In this document: positions 63,553 to 64,000 of the stretch, piece after piece
Position numbering within the stretch: the first letter of the stretch is position 1
Layout of the letters: every line of letters starts with the position of its first letter
NCBI GenBank assembly: GCA_964579205.1
Contig: CAZOFH010000001.1
Coordinates: 73,386 to 137,385 of the forward strand
Source of the DNA: an uncultured Christensenella sp.
GTDB taxonomy: Bacteria > Bacillota > Clostridia > Christensenellales > UBA1242
DNA: 64,000 bases
Reading direction: 5' to 3'
Translations under genes and position numbers: made by a program
Notes under the pieces: model-generated
Databases searched by the model: none
Seen by the model: the letters and a program-made list of their open reading frames with translations, nothing else
Told to the model about the DNA's origin: nothing

Positions 63553-64000
63553 TTATGTATTATCCACTTCGAGATTGACACTATTATTGGTCGTTGGCTG
63601 ATATACAGCCACAAGAGTATGCCCAAAAGCCTCTGCTTTGGTTACCCGATAACTAGTATTAGTCGAAATAGCAGTCGTGCGGTCATCGTCGAGGTACCAC
63701 CCGACAAAATCATACCCCGGTTGACACAAAATAGTAGATACAGTGATAGTGTCGCTATCTTCCAAGTTTTCAAAGTCGTCCCCTACTATATACGCAGTGC
63801 CGCCGAGAGTCGCCGTAACTACCACACCACTCACCGAACCGCCCGCCGTTTTGAGTCCAGAATATACTCCGGAGGTGGTTTTGATATAAAGCGGAACTGC
63901 GCCATCACAAAAGATGCCTTCAAAAATAAAGTACAAGTAGTTTTTGTTTTCATTTGCCAAGCAAGTCACACGCATTGCAACGGAAGTGTTACCGATTTCG
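63553..64000 (-). CDS. C-terminal part of a third InlB B-repeat surface protein paralog (continues beyond the window)
   Basis: The frame is open to the window edge (..GNTSVAMRVTCLANENKN). It shares the C-terminal module with paralogs 1 and 2 (SG.YSGL...G...GV....T.GG.AYI.G.D..NL.D...IT..). Confidence 0.85.
   Translation of the reverse strand, partial: EIGNTSVAMRVTCLANENKNYLYFIFEGIFCDGAVPLYIKTTSGVYSGLKTAGGSVSGVVVTATLGGTAYIVGDDFENLEDSDTITVSTILCQPGYDFVGWYLDDDRTTAISTNTSYRVTKAEAFGHTLVAVYQPTTNNSVNLEVDNT

Noticed and set aside
1-64000. CRISPR arrays, rRNA or tRNA genes, transposases, integrases, prophage or known defence systems
   Set aside because: No regularly spaced direct repeats were seen, no recognisable recombinase, RT, nuclease or NTPase defence genes, and no rRNA- or tRNA-like sequences. 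The only repeats are the irregular structured modules reported above.

Overview
The window looks like chromosomal DNA from an endospore-forming Firmicute (Clostridia-like). Sporulation markers present are the complete spoIIIAA-AH operon, sigH, cwlD and spoIIID. From about 1 to 47.3 kb it is a dense, almost entirely minus-strand block of core genes. Their order largely mirrors Bacillus: efp, truB, nrnA, rbfA, infB, ylxQ, ylxR, nusA, a PolC-derived protein, rseP, cdsA, uppS, frr, tsf, rpsB, ruvX, nifUS, trxA, hisS, hslUV, trmFO, topA, dprA, comM, rpsU, serS, class I lysS, dnaB, cca, recR, ebfC, dnaX, sigH, rlmB and mrnC. From about 47.3 kb to the end the character changes to an accessory island. 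It holds three paralogous giant N-terminally anchored surface proteins built from InlB-B/'Listeria-Bacteroides' repeats, a fourth smaller repeat protein, and a 1266-aa orphan protein with an 82-aa partner. The island also has unusually long, GC-rich, highly structured intergenic spacers. The most interesting signals are these. (1) A repeat family I do not recognise: conserved sequence boxes around a hairpin whose stem differs between copies but stays paired. Every copy lies in the 3'-UTR sense of the gene ending upstream. (2) A perfect 84-nt four-way junction. (3) A 13-nt poly-G tract that disconnects the start codon and membrane anchor of the largest adhesin, which could be a phase-variation switch. 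(4) dnaX split at an A10 run so that a -1 shift is needed to make full-length tau. (5) A 518-aa PolC N-terminus/OB/exonuclease protein with no polymerase domain, sitting in the polC slot. No CRISPR array, rRNA, tRNA, transposase or recognisable defence genes were seen.
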